DNA of 55,246 nucleotides, filler included, from Bipalium vagum (GCA_037834085.1; 3 parts of 3 records of this genome joined end to end with filler, not necessarily neighbours in it); one strand, 5' to 3'. Counted from the whole stretch's first letter, positions 37,860-51,717 are shown. The notes: a model not told the origin generated them from the sequence alone. Numbers and translations: made by a program.

Positions 37860-38146
37860 TAGAATTTATTATGTTAAGTTTCTAAAAAGATTAAAAAGAT
37901 ATAAAAATGATTATTAAATTTTAGATGTGTTAAGAAGATCGAAATTGGACATTTTAAGTTCATTGAGTTAAGAATATCGATAATGAACTTTCTAGGAACT
38001 TAACATAAAATTGTTCGGTTAGCCAAGGACACATCCTTGCCAACCCTTGTAAAAGTAGAAGTATGGTAGAAGCCGCAATAGGGTTTAGATTGGTTATTAT
38101 CAATTAATTATTAAGACCGCAAGAGGATCAGAAATAAATTATTATT
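37860..38146 (+). mobile_element. Possible 3' end of an R4/Dong-like non-LTR retrotransposon running into (TAA)n
   Basis: Decayed FLGT..KIVR (compare LLGTxxIxRxVL), then a GC-richer tail ending at a (TAA)n tract. Confidence 0.3.
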
Positions 38147-38160
38147 AATAATAATAATAA

Positions 38161-38231
<71 letters not shown>
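38147..38231. repeat. (AAT)n microsatellite at a contig end
   Basis: Read directly from the sequence. Confidence 0.95.
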
Positions 38232-38331
38232 NNNNNNNNNNNNNNNNNNNNNNNNNNNNNNNNNNNNNNNNNNNNTTAATTAATTAANNNNNNNNNNNNN
38301 NNNNNNNNNNNNNNNNNNNNNNNNNNNNNNN
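38232..38331. other. Assembly gap spacer N44-TTAATTAATTAA-N44
   Basis: Same 100-nt design as 16270-16369. Confidence 0.97.
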
Positions 38332-39457
38332 ATTTTAATTAAAGACGAACACGCACAACAGCAACCTTCAACCGTTGAGACCTAAGATACATTTACGCTC
38401 CGACCTTTGAAATCCTTTTTATCCATCAACTTAGGACCTTAACATGTCTTATTCTATGGCAATCATATTCGACGATCTCTTTTCAAGATATAATAAATGC
38501 AGTACATTTTGTTTCATGTATAATTGTGGTACTTAGAAATGTTTTCTTGATTTAGAACTTCGAAACCAATTGGAGTTTAGTAAACACGAAATAGGAAGAT
38601 ATTGTATAATTAGAGAATGAGGGTGTTTTACTATATAGAGCGTACTATTTTTATCTAACTAAGAATCAGAACCTCTCTCATTGAACGTTGTTAACCAGAA
38701 TAACAATTTTAACCTTACTTAAATATAGAAATTTTCTTACGTTTATATTTCTGCTTCAAGAGATTAAATTTTCGTTTCTTTTTCTGATCAAAAAAGTACT
38801 TTCTGTTGGTTTTAGTAACAATATTGTATCTTGGAAAATTACATATTTTCCATTAATAACCAATGTTTACGTATTATAGTAATACATTGATTTGACATTA
38901 ATTTATGACAAGATTTTAAGCTTTATAGAATTATTTTTGATTTCAACTGCTGTATAACTATTTTTAAAAGACTAAAACCAATACTCAAGGATAAAAAGAA
39001 TAAATAACATCCGAAAAAGGTTAAGGGATTTATTAAAAGTGATAACATTTTTTACAGTTTAAAATAGTTTTCCGCACCAAAATAATCATTATTTTTTCAA
39101 TTTAAACAAAACCAATTCAAAACTGAAATAAATAACGATTTTATAATTATTAATAAACTGCTTAGTGTAATAATGTATATTAATAACTGCTACTTGTATC
39201 ACTTTGGTTGTTTAAAACAAAAAACAAGCGCATAATTGACCAATGCTGGCTACCTAAAATACCATTGATACCAAAATATAATCGACAATAAACCATTATC
39301 TTCCCGTAAAATGCATTAAAAACAGAAAAACCTCATTAAAATTGGTCATAAAGAGATTCTCATCACCTAGAAATCAATATAGAACTTTTTTGAAAGAAAC
39401 TAATAAATATTAACATCAATCGATGGTAAAAAGACAAATTTTATATTTAATCATTAC

Positions 39458-42400
39458 TCAAGAAGCACTTCCTTGATTCTTGTTCTGGATAGCCATTTTT
39501 ACATCTTGACAAAGTTTACGTTGCTGATCTTCAACATTTTTTGAGATTCCTGACCGAAGTGAATCAATAAGGTTCTTTGTAGTACCGAAATAAATGTCAC
39601 TGAGTTGCTTTCTGATCGAGTTTTCCATGTCCTGGTGACATTAGAAATATTTTAAAGTATAATTTATCTCAAACAATTCAATTAAATAACAGTAATCATT
39701 TAAATAAGCAAGTCGAGAAATTCATTGGAAAAAGTTTGTGACACATTACATTTCAACAATAATTTTTGGAACTCAATTTCATTTATAAAATCCTTCCATT
39801 AAACATCCAAATTGATTTAATAATTATATTAATTATATATTGAAAATATTGATTTATTGTAATTCAAAATTTAAATTTATAAATAAATAAATCTTAAAGT
39901 TAGTATATTTTATTTAATCATTAAATTCAAATAATTAATAATAATAAGTATTAAATAAGCTTTCCTTTTAATTTTAATAAAAAATCTCAATTGAAAATAG
40001 ACACAAAGGTAAATTAGAAATTTTTATTCTTGGACTATATTTCATACCTTTTTCAAAAGGATTTTTTTAATTGGTTATTATTTTTGACAAAAATAGTTGT
40101 AAATAATTACTTCAACTAATCTACCGATGTTAACAATGTGGTTGTTAGCATCACTAAGCGGCACATCTTTCTCTGTCATTCGAGTCAGGCTTCCACCAAG
40201 ATTAAAGCAACCAGTTTCAGAATTTTGAGTCTCAAGCCACAGCATAATTGTACTTGTTAGTTTGTATCGACCATTTCTACTCTTTTCCTAAACGAAAAAT
40301 CTTTTTAATTTCGTTACTTTATTGATAAAGCAGAAATAGAAATTCCGAAATAAAATTATAGTTGAAACATAAAATTCAAGATATGCATATCTGAAGTCAC
40401 GCTTAATAAGCACTTGTCTGAGTTCTTAGATGCGATTCAAACTAAGTAGTTGACATTTACATGTTTATTTAGGTAATATTATTTTTCATAAAGTTTGATT
40501 CTATTTATCTAATTGGATGCTTTGATTTCTAAAAAATACCATAGATATGATCGATTTTTCTTCAGCTTTTTAGAAGGATATCTGAAAAAACTTTTTCTAG
40601 TGAATTGATAGTTGAAAAATAAAGATCGAATTTAATATGGGGTGATTATTCAGATTCCAGGGAAAGAGACAACTTTTTAAGACCTTTTTATATATTCATA
40701 AATTCTGTTAATTATATAAGTTTTACAAATATATTTCCTTCAGTCAAATTTTTAATATCGTTTATCAATCGAATAAGTTTCTCAATAAAATATGAAGCAA
40801 ATGTGTTTGGGAGTGCATTTTGAAAATAGATATAACTTCCACTGGTAATTATAAATTGATTAAACACATTTATGATCATAAGTGCTTTAAAGGTTTCTTT
40901 CAATTACATATCCTAGTTGAAATTAGTTTCCATTCATAATGTACCATGGGGAATTATTCTCTTTTGTAAAAAACAGAAATTACTACGTCCAGAAAACCTA
41001 AAGGGTTTTTAATGCTTAATCTCTAAAACGAGCGCTAAAAGAGTAGCAAATAAAAATAAAATCGTAATTATCATTAAGCTTTACTGAAAATAACAAACAT
41101 ATGGCCAATTTCTTCACTGACGTATTTCTATTTTTTGGAATTTTCATTTTCATTTGAAATGGATTCATCTTTTCTTTGATTTGTAATTTAAATAATTCAA
41201 AAAACCAAACCAAAGTTTGTGCCTTTTATATTTCACAAGATAAGTAGTGCAACCAATAAAATAAAACGGCAAAACAAATGAAAAGATAAAGAATTGTAAC
41301 TATTAATTCTGCAAGTATCTTTTAAAGCTGATTTTATATTTTAAATAGCAAGTGTGACAGAATAGAGATTTTATCAAATACTAATGACTTGTAATTATCA
41401 ACTCAAAGGAATTAAAGCCCTGTCAAGGGAATAATTAAAGGGAATTATATTCACTATTTCTGTATCCCAATGGTAAGTGGAACTCAGGAAAAACAGAAAA
41501 CCGGGTACAATACTGAATATCTTTCAGATGACTTGCATGAGAATAATGATTATAGAAAATATTTTGAATACCGAATGGAACTTTTATTTAAAGGATTAAT
41601 TGAAATACGAATAGAAAAATATCAATGAGCTAAAAGGTGACAAATCAATAATTTTAGAAAAGAAAAAAATATATACATTGGTTTTTTCTATATAATTATG
41701 AACCTAGGTATAATTCAAAGAATAAATTTTATGAATCGCCCATCAGAAAATTAATGATTAAAAGGTTAAGATTATTGTGACAGTTTGCAACCATGGTGTA
41801 AATTGTTAATCTTAAAAAATTGGTATACATAATTTATCACAGTATCGATTATTTAAAAAATCAAGAGAATTGTCATAATTCAATATATAGAAGAAAAATA
41901 AAAAATTTTATGTAAAAATGTTCAAAACAAACCAACCTCAACTTCTATCACGTGAATGGAATCCCAACATCCAATAGCGGCCTTCAGCTCTCCAACCTTT
42001 TTGATCAAGACAGCACCAGCAAAACCACTATCCAAATCCCATAAATACACAGAGGACACTCCACCATCATAATACATTTCTCGATACACATCAAATGCCT
42101 TGTTTGCTTCAATTTCTAATGCACGAACTCTGTCACTTGGTAATGATCCATCTTCCAATGGGGGATCATATCGATTCGACCAGGGAGACCTATAAGAATC
42201 ACCATCTCGATTATAGTCACCTAGCAAATAATCTTTTCCAGTCTAATAAAAAGATGAATTAAAAATGATATAATTAAACAGACTTTAGTATCTTTAGCGA
42301 TTTTTAGTGGTTGATCTACTGAACTAAGTAGATCTTCGCAAAGATCTGGAACTAACTCAATGAGATCCTGCAAACTTTTGTCAATTTTTTGTGGTGGCAA

Positions 42401-42486
42401 TCGCCTCATTAAGTCGAGAGCAGAATCAAGTTGGTCACCCTTTAATTAATACATAAAGTTGTTCTTTAAAATTAAAGCAATACCAT
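39458..42486 (-). CDS. cpb: F-actin capping protein subunit beta, 271 aa; coding exons 42486-42484 (ATG only), 42439-42284, 42242-41937, 40287-40111, 39631-39458
   Basis: All introns GT-AG, phase 0. Motifs [76 protein letters not shown] and [14 protein letters not shown]. Confidence 0.96.
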
Positions 42487-42629
42487 TTTCCTAAAATTAA
42501 ATTTCCAAAAATACGTAATAAATAAATTTATTATAGTTAAACAAGTAACAAACTTTAAATTCTTAATTTAATAACTTAAAAATTTTTAATTAAATTTTAC
42601 ATTAATTTATGAAACTTACCTTATTAATG

Positions 42630-42806
42630 CAGTGAAACCTACATAAATGAACACCTTTGTTAGCTGAACACCTCTTTTATTTGAACATTTAATTCCGTAC
42701 ACTGTAAATATAAGTTAAACTTGAACACCTTGATTATCTGAACAACTCTCTAATTTGAACTTTTCAGCAAGGACACTATGGTGTTCAATTTAAGCAGGTT
42801 TTACTG
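42630..42806. mobile_element. 177-bp Tigger/pogo-like MITE just upstream of cpb
   Basis: CAGTGAAACCTACATAAATGAACACC ... GGTGTTCAATTTAAGCAGGTTTTACTG|TA, with several internal TGAACA(CC) repeats. Confidence 0.8.
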
Positions 42807-43639
42807 TACATTTAAAATATAAACATGTATAAATAGTCAAATTATGAATGTTTATCATTTTAAAGTTCTCGGTACTTTTTTATGCCAAGTTTATCCTTTA
42901 ATTAATTAATTAAGATTAATGATATATTTTACAAATAAAGACATAATATTGAATATCCATGTTGCCAAAGTTATGTGTTGTAAATCCACCAAACGTAGAA
43001 CATGTTATTTTTTAAGACATCAAATTTATACTGGAAAAATTAAAACCTTGACCTCCTTTGGACATCTACAGTAATATATAAAGTTTAATCTAAAAAGTTC
43101 ACTAATATTTACTGTTTTATGGAAATATTGAATTGATGTACCTCCACTCCGAGTAGTGTAAAAAACAATTTAATACGGACTATCCTAAAACTTATTTTTT
43201 GATAACTTCGTTACTTTATATAGTAGTATATAAAAAACTAATCTAACCTCAAGATCCAAAATTTAAAAATTCAGTTAAGTGATTTCATGTTTTGAAGTCT
43301 TATCATGTTTATTCATCTACTGATTCTTTTCAATAAAAACAATGTTTTAATATTTTTTTTCATAATTGATACAAATTATATTTTTCTTAATTAAATTAAG
43401 TAAATAAATAATTCGGTAATTGAACTTGTACTAAAATATTTGAAGAATAAAAAATAGGAATGTCTGGGCTATATGGTGGGTGAGCCATAACTTCACATCC
43501 TAAGTCTTTAATTTACGTACCAGCAGATCCAAGTCAAGTACCTGATAAAGAATTTTATTCAGAAATACTTTTAGTGCAATTAGATCCATCACAGAAGATT
43601 ATTAAAAAAGAAAAACATAAAAAGTTTTTAGTTTTCAGG

Positions 43640-44060
43640 CAATTTCTTCCTCGGGAAAAATAAGCTTGCCTTACATTTAGGAAGGTGCAATGAAAAGCGA
43701 TATTTATTTAAAAGAGTGTATTTGGAAAAGATAGGTTCTCTTTATGAAATCTGTTGATGCCTAAAATGTCTTCTTTTGGCGAGATTTGGCCATCACACAT
43801 TATGAATTAGAGAAAAATAACGTCAAATCCTCCTAACTTACCTCAAGCTCGTCCTATCGAATAATTTTGGGGCTTGACTAAAAGAGAATTTGAAAAAAGT
43901 GTTAAGAAAAAATATAATCTTAAAATTTTCAAAACAAATTTGTCTAGAATATCCAAGAAAGTGGCTCAGAATCATGGGAAATCACTATTTAACAATTGGA
44001 CAAAGAAACTAAGCCAGATTTATAATAAAGGTGTCCATCATGTACATCTTTTCTTCGTTT
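43640..44060 (+). mobile_element. ITm DD37E-like transposase C-terminal relic
   Basis: FFWRDLAITHY and NPPNLPQARPIE*FWGLTKR (compare FWPDLASxHY / NPPNxPxxRPIExxW). Confidence 0.65.
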
Positions 44061-45544
44061 TTCATATTAAATAAAAATATTTAAAATTTTATTTATGGTA
44101 TTACAATTATTCTTGTTTAAAGTTCGCGTTACTACTTTAGAAACAAACTATAATTTATTATATTTTAATAACTTAAAAATTTTATCGGAAAAGACTTATG
44201 CAGCAACTTAATATCTAAGTAATTGACGATCAAAAATAAAAACTCCAATTTAAATTGTCCTTATATTCCTTTTAATTTGTAATTTAATTTTTATAAACTT
44301 CTCTTTATTGATTGTCAAAGGCGTAGTTTTCCCTAGTAATCTGACTCGATTCATGCTTTCCACTAAGAAAAAAAAACCATTCCTCTATATCACACAAAAC
44401 TCTTACTCAAAAGCAAAACAATATTTTTCCAAAGCTGTGGAACCTATAATTCTTCTATAAAATAACTTTAAAAAAGTCAGATTAAATTTAATATTTTCAA
44501 GATTAAATTTATAAATAAATTAATAATTAATTAAATAAATTTAAAAAATCAACATGTATTTTAAGAAAATTATATAATTCAAGAATTAGAACATTGAAAA
44601 GTTCATTACTTTAGTACCATTGCAGTGCTTTTTTAAAAAAATTATTTCGAATCAATATAAAAATCATTAAAAACAGAACAAAGAGTTTCTTAAAGATTGG
44701 TAAAATAAATATGAAATTTTCATTTTTAAAAGATATTTTAAAAATTTATTTTAACAAAAAAATAAAACAATGTTTGTTGGTTTTTAAGAAAATTATTTAA
44801 ATTAATAAATTAAATTAGTTTCGTTACTTTTCTAGAAGATTGATGAGGTCACTTTAAAACATGATTAAAATAAGGAGTTTAATACGATTTTATTATACGA
44901 ATAAATAGCTTAATAAATAAAAATTAAAATTAAAAAAGTTATTTTAATAAACACAAATCTGAATAAATTAATAATCACACATTGCTTCAATACAGGTCGA
45001 TAACATTTTTGAGCGATATCTTTTTTCTTATTTTTAAAAATAGATACATTCATATTCAGAATATTATCTCATATTTTTGAGTTTGATTGTACAAGAATAT
45101 AATATTTGTTTAATTTATTAATATAATAATTATATATAATTATTAAGTCATTAAATTATTAAACATAATCTGAAAATAATATAACTACAAAGCAGATATT
45201 ATTTTTCAGTAATCAATCAGGTTCATTTACATAGAAGAAGAATGATGTTCATCATTTCAGAAACTATCTATAATAATATAACAGAAATTTATTTAATACA
45301 TCTTTAAATAATTTTTAAGCATCGTGGCATTCCTACAAAAAATCCATTATTCTAATATAATTTCCATATTTCGAAGGTTTCAGCATTTCTGTGAAATTCA
45401 AACAGATCAATTATATAAATAATTACATTTTTTCACTTTCTCTTCATAAAAAAATTCAAACCATAAATGAAACAATAAATAAATGTTTTAACATTTAATA
45501 CATGCGTAGCAAATGTTTCACAAAAATCACCTGTTTTCATTTGA

Positions 45545-46371
45545 CAATTTAAAAAGGGCGCAAAAAATGAGTCGGCCTTGGATACCGTTTTAAAATCCGT
45601 TGTTTTCCCATTGAGTAATTTGAACAAGAGAAAATCAATACTCATGACAAAGTTGACAATTATGTCATTGGTTGTTGTCTTTTTCAGTATTTGTGTATGT
45701 ATGTTTCCAATGTATTATTTTCAAACATACCTCTACTGATTTGATGTCTATTGATTTGTCTGTCATTGCATTGGGTTGTATTGGATTTACTTGAAACATT
45801 ACCTTCGTATTGGATCCCAATATTATCATCATTCTTGGCTGCTTGGGAGGAGTTGTTTTCATCTGTACGATCCTTGTCATTGTTTGGTGGTATCGGTTCA
45901 AAAGAAAGAAACAATTGCCTTTCCAGCCCACTACTGCTAATGATTTTCGACTTCCAGTTAATCCTAAACATGATATGGGAACTCTGACAGCAAGTATAAA
46001 ACTGTTTGATTTTTTTTTTCAATATTTTTACCGTAATAATAATAATAGCTGTAAATGAGGGATATATTTGTACTGAGTCAATATCTGCTGTTACTAATCC
46101 AACAATAATTTCTCCTTCGGAAAACTCAGATACAATTTTATCAGAAAAACATTTGAAATCATCTAAAGATTTCCAGAATATCTTTGTCAGTCAGCCTAAT
46201 TGTACAATTGTAGATAATATTGAAATTCATGGTTGGTTTTTATGCAGTTTATTAATCATAAATTCTATTTTAGGAAATATTATAAAAAATGCTTTCAATT
46301 TTCTTGATGACTATGATGATACTCCAGATTTAAATGATTCCAATATTCATACTAATCAGTTTAATTTGTGA
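45545..46371 (+). pseudogene. 3' part of a membrane-protein gene, apparently disrupted: TM exon to 45993, then exons 46049-46231 and 46274-46371
   Basis: IIIILGCLGGVVFICTILVIVWWYRFKRKK (TM helix plus basic stop-transfer). In-phase GT-AG introns of 55 and 42 nt lead to a tail TVNEGY...AFNFLDDYDD...QFNL*. In-frame TGA at 45792 with no acceptor AG between it and the TM. Confidence 0.5.
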
Positions 46372-49300
46372 AAAAAATAATATATATTCATATATTTTAT
46401 TAAGTTTTTGCAGTGCATCATTGATAGGCCTTTCTAAATTGAGTAATTTGGCTAGGATAAAACCTATTGTCTCTTATAGCAATGGTTCTCGACCTTCTTC
46501 ACCAACTACTCCAAAAAAATTCATTTTCATTTATAAGTTTGAAGTCCAAAGGTTTTGAGATGGAATTTAATATCAACAATATTAAGGTTACTTTGTCTGG
46601 ATGGCTTTTCGGATTTTTTGGTTTCATTAAGTACTTGGATAAAATGGCGCACTGTAGTTTCCCTTTCACTTTCGTACAATTAGAGTCTAAGTATGCTTCA
46701 TTATAATTATGTTAACGTTGATGATATCATGAAACAGGAGTATACAAACAGACAGTTACTGGGATTCTTTTAATTGTGATCACCTATTTATGGTAGATGA
46801 CAGGTTGAGGACCACTGTGTTTTTGAATATTGAGACATTATGTACTGTATATAGAACTTAGAATAGTCAAAAAGCTTATTTTAATACCGCCAAGAGTATT
46901 CTTTTTGACAGTAATATTTCAAAATAAAACTTAAAATTATATATATTTTTATACAATTCTAAATTAAGATCCCTTTGGCAAATGATTAACATCAAAGAGA
47001 AACTATTATAATGTAATATTTTGATTTTAAGAATAACTTATAGCAAACATTTACTCAGTGGAAATAACTATTATTTATTAATCATATGTAGGGCTTATCT
47101 ATTGAAAAATAAACCGATTTAATTGGTTTACAAATATTATATAGAAAATACATTTTATTAATTTTAATAAACACTTTCAAAAGAAAGAAATACGAAAAAA
47201 TCCATATTGATGGGAAGGATAATGAATGAAATTCATTTTGTTACAAGATTTTGTCTAATAACAATGTTTGATACTAACTCAAAAATAGTGTGATTGCCCC
47301 AATTACTGTTTGTCTATTGGAACAAAAATGTGCTTATCTATTACATTTTTAAGGGAACATATAATGTGACGAACTATAATTTTATGCTAATTTTATATTT
47401 CAAATGTACAATCAATAATAAATATTTAAAACAAGATCATAAAACAGAATAAAGAAAGAACTCAATTGCCATTCCCATCATGATTTTTCAAGGTTTACCT
47501 GTATCAAATAACATTAATACCATTAATTTGATAGGTGATATATTATATTTTTTATTCATATAATATATTATATTTCATCAATTTCTTAATAGATTATAGG
47601 CGTACTTACATTTCAGTCTCGATTTTGGTCATATCGATTGTAATTTCAATCAGTTTGTCGTCAGTAAATCCATTAAGACATTGATAAATTATTCATTCAT
47701 AAATGTAAATATATTTTAGTCAATACCCAATACCAGATAAAAAGTGAAAGCTGTTCACACCAGGAATTAACTTAGGAATAATTGTCATTCACTTGTCAAC
47801 TTCAACGTCTATTCCGTAGGGGAGACACTTTGAGCTGGTGGTTTTTGATGTTAATTGTTATTAAACACTGAGTTGATAAGTGGCAGGTAAATAGCATTTT
47901 TTTATTATAAATTTTGAATTGAAAAATGGAAAATAATAATATTAATTATAATTGTCAGTCAAAAATTCCTCCCGATTTATTTTTTTATAGTTATTTATGG
48001 TGCAAATATTTTCTATTCTAAGTGACTTTGTTGCCGGATCTCAAAATTCGGCATCTACAACTTTCGTATATTTCTGATATTTTCATTTTGATCTTGTGAT
48101 TTTCTGAAATAATGTCAAATTAAAAATAGTGTTAAAACTGAATAATTATATTGATATTATTGAATCTATGTTTGCATTATGTATTGGAACTTATGGATTT
48201 TATGTTTTTTTAACTCAGTATTTATATCATTAATTACAAAATTAATTGTTAAGACACCTAACTATTTATAGTTTTATTTTATGAACATATAGTTAGGCTA
48301 CGAGGCCGACCTGAGACAAAGGTCAATAATGATGAAATGAATTCAACCAAATCTTCCCGTCGGAATTGGTAATAGCATTTTGTGTGATCATCATACAATT
48401 TACCATTTATCTGAAATTGGTAAAATCAAAAAATGGTTCCATGTCTTGAACGATCTAGCTGAATAGTTAATTAGTTTTCTTTCATGGATCTCCCTTCATT
48501 TTTTCTCGTTCCTTTTCCACCCGCTTTCTCTTTTCTCTTAGGTAATGGATCATCAGGAGCTTTAATTATCAAATCCACTCAAACGCCACTGAGGTGAATA
48601 GTTTAATTTATTTTCAACCATCTCTTCAAAAAAATTTCGCTAAAAAATCCATAATCCGGCCAATGATGAAAATAATTTTCTTATGTTTTATTAGTAAGAT
48701 GGTTAATCATAGATTTCCAAAAATTTTATTAGAGTTACTTGTATTATGATCACTATTACTATGTATGATTATTTATGTGTGATATCTATATCTTCTAATA
48801 TCAAAATATATATCATATCTTCTAATATAAAAATAAGCGGGTCAACCAAAATATCTAAGACAGTTGAACATATAATCTAAATTCCTTGAAAAAAAATGGT
48901 TAGAAAACGACTTCTTCATAAAAATTAACAGACAGAATGAGAACCATCTTCATCTTCAAGGTTACCACGGGTTCCCGACAATCTTACTTGGGTTCCCTGC
49001 TTCTCGATTTGTAATACCTATGGGAATTCTGTATTAATATAAATTTAAATAGTGTTCACTATTTAGTGTATCAAATTTAAACCTAACTCCAAATCTTAGG
49101 TGATGCAAATAAAAACAATCAGTAAAGCAACAATTGTATTTATACACAAACACAAAAAACAATACACGGAATTACAAAAGATAATGCAAGAGTCTGGGAT
49201 CACAATTAATGTCTTAAATGTTACACCAATCTCACACTATCTTATCACAGCACAACAATAAAGAATGAATTAAATATATAATAAATCACTATCAATAATA

Positions 49301-49539
49301 ATCAATTTTAGTCTAAATGGGTTAACTGTAGTATTAAATATAATCAAGGGTTAATAAATTATTAAAAATTCGATTAAAAGCAAAATAATACTTTAATAAT
49401 TACTTTAACAAAAGAAGGTAAAATAGAACGAGCTTACGGTTTGTCTTCGGTTAAAACTCCCGGGTTATCGTCTGAGTCCTAACGGTTGCTCACCAATAAC
49501 TCTCTGGTGGGGAATTTTAAACATAGTCCAGTAAGTATG

Positions 49540-50212
49540 TTCAGAACTCATTTTCAGGATAAAAAAGAACCATTTCTTGATCGTCTGTGATGAAAAATGG
49601 TTGCTATAACAATATTAAGCGTTTAGCACAGTGGTTAAACATCTGTGAATGTCCCAAGACCTTCCCAAAACCGAGCCAACACGAAAAAAAGATAATGGTG
49701 GTGTTCAAAATGAATAATTCTTTACGATTACCTGGATAAGAGAGAAATGATAATAGCAGTAAAATACTGCTTAGAAAATGATATTTTACAAGAAAATTTG
49801 AAAAGAATGCATCCAGTATTGATAAATAGAAAAGTCCCAATTCTATTGTATGACAATGTCCGTCCGCACATAGCAAAGCAAACCATGATTAAGTTGAAAA
49901 GTCTAAAATATGAAATTCTGCCATATCCGCCGTTTAGTCCGATATCTTGACAGCTGATTTCCATATATTCAAACATTTACAAAATTATTTGAATTGAAAA
50001 AGATATCAGAACAAAGATTTTCTGAAAATGAATTTGAAAAGTTCATTGCATACAGGTCTACCAAAATCTATCGCATAGCAATGGAAAATCTACCAAGTCG
50101 TTGACAAAAGTTACAAAAGTGTGTAAACGCTAATAGTTTTTATTTTAATCAATAAATCTTTTGCTTTTTTAAAATGAATGTACAAAAACATCAAAACTTT
50201 CTGAAAAACTTA
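49540..50212 (+). mobile_element. Mariner transposase 3' half, decayed
   Basis: IVCDEKW..YNNIKRLAQW, LLYDNVRPHIAK and ILPYPPFSP. Ends ..TTTCTGAAAAACTTAA|TA. Confidence 0.85.
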
Positions 50213-51717
50213 ATAATTTAAGGAAATTTAAAGGGTTATAAAAATAATTTTAAGGATTATCGAGGTAATTCGAGTGCATCCACGTATTCAAGAACTATAA
50301 AAAATATGATATAAAGAGAATGATTTTTCAGTGTAATTGTATACAAAGAAAGCGCTCATATATATTCGAGAAGAATATTGTTTATTATTTGAGAAGATTG
50401 TTATTATTCTGGAGGATCGGAGACAATTATCAAAGGCTATTGCTGATATCGTTAAAGAAGAAAATAAAGAATGACTATGAATTTTCCTCAGGATTGTGTG
50501 TCGTGTTTCACATTAAAAAGCTGTCTCTGAGCAACCACAAGGGCTCAGCTTATAGTTCGGGAATCTCAACAAGGGTTACCTTATAAGGTATTTTTCTTAC
50601 TTATTTTTCATGATTTTTATTGATAACAATTTATTTTCTTTTATTTATTAATTTAATTATTGTTTAATTGATATCTAATTTGATCATTAATTATCATTTG
50701 ATTAATAAATTTGATTGTTGTGTATTGATAACATTTGACTGTTGAAGGATTGTTGATTATTCCATTAGACAATTTGGTAGTTGCTATCATTGTTGTTTTG
50801 ATTCTTTGACGATTTGATAAAAGTGTTATCGTTGTTATTTTACGAGTAACATTCGTAAATTTTGATATTATAAATACTGTTATGTTATTGATTTATCGAT
50901 TGTTGTAAACTGCACCGCCTAATAGAATCTGACTCATTTTAAAATAGAATTACCACTTGAGACTTTAGTAAAATTTGTTTTATATTTTAAAACTTGTAAT
51001 TTTCTTGAATTTTTAAAATGTTAAGTTTAAGAAAATCGATTCTACACCAGACTTAATATTTTATCATTATCTCTGTTAGCCACCGAAATTTCTTCGTCTT
51101 CAGTCATTTAAAAATAACAATTTAAATCTTTTCAAAACATATTTAAACAAAAACATTTCAGATATTAAATTAACCACTTAATAAGAAAATAATTAATTCC
51201 TTATAATCTCTATTATATTAAACCAAAGAAACTAAAAAAGAAAAGAACATATTTTTAAAAAATTAAGATGAATATAATTTAATTTATCTTCTCCATTTTT
51301 AATAAAATTTCTTCACTTTTTTGCTTTGTTTCTGTACTTATGAACTAATTCGATGTAAAGAGAACTATTCGCATTCACCACTTTCATTTTTATTTAAATA
51401 AACCAGGCAAATTTGGTACTTCATCATTTAACTTATATTATTATTATTTTTATATTTTTCCTTTAATATCAGACCAAAGGTCTGAAAATACAATAAAGAT
51501 ACTGAAATGATTCTCAGGTTAAAAATCTTAAAAAATAATTGTAAAACATGTATTTTATATGAAAATATTTTTACGAAATAGCTTCAATAATTTTTTCAAA
51601 ATTCAATGTGTGCTAGAGAATATAAAAACATTTTATACACATTTTTCTGTTTTTATATTTCTATTTGTATGCGTTGAACCCTACAACAGATATAAATATG
51701 TTAAATAAAAAATATAT

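Noticed and set aside
37349-39457. cpb and PP2C as a co-oriented operon-like pair
   Set aside because: An assembly gap of unknown true size lies between them.
42630-42806. Short repeated TGAACACC units as a CRISPR-like array
   Set aside because: Eukaryotic context, repeats too short and irregular, and enclosed by TIRs; these are MITE subterminal repeats.
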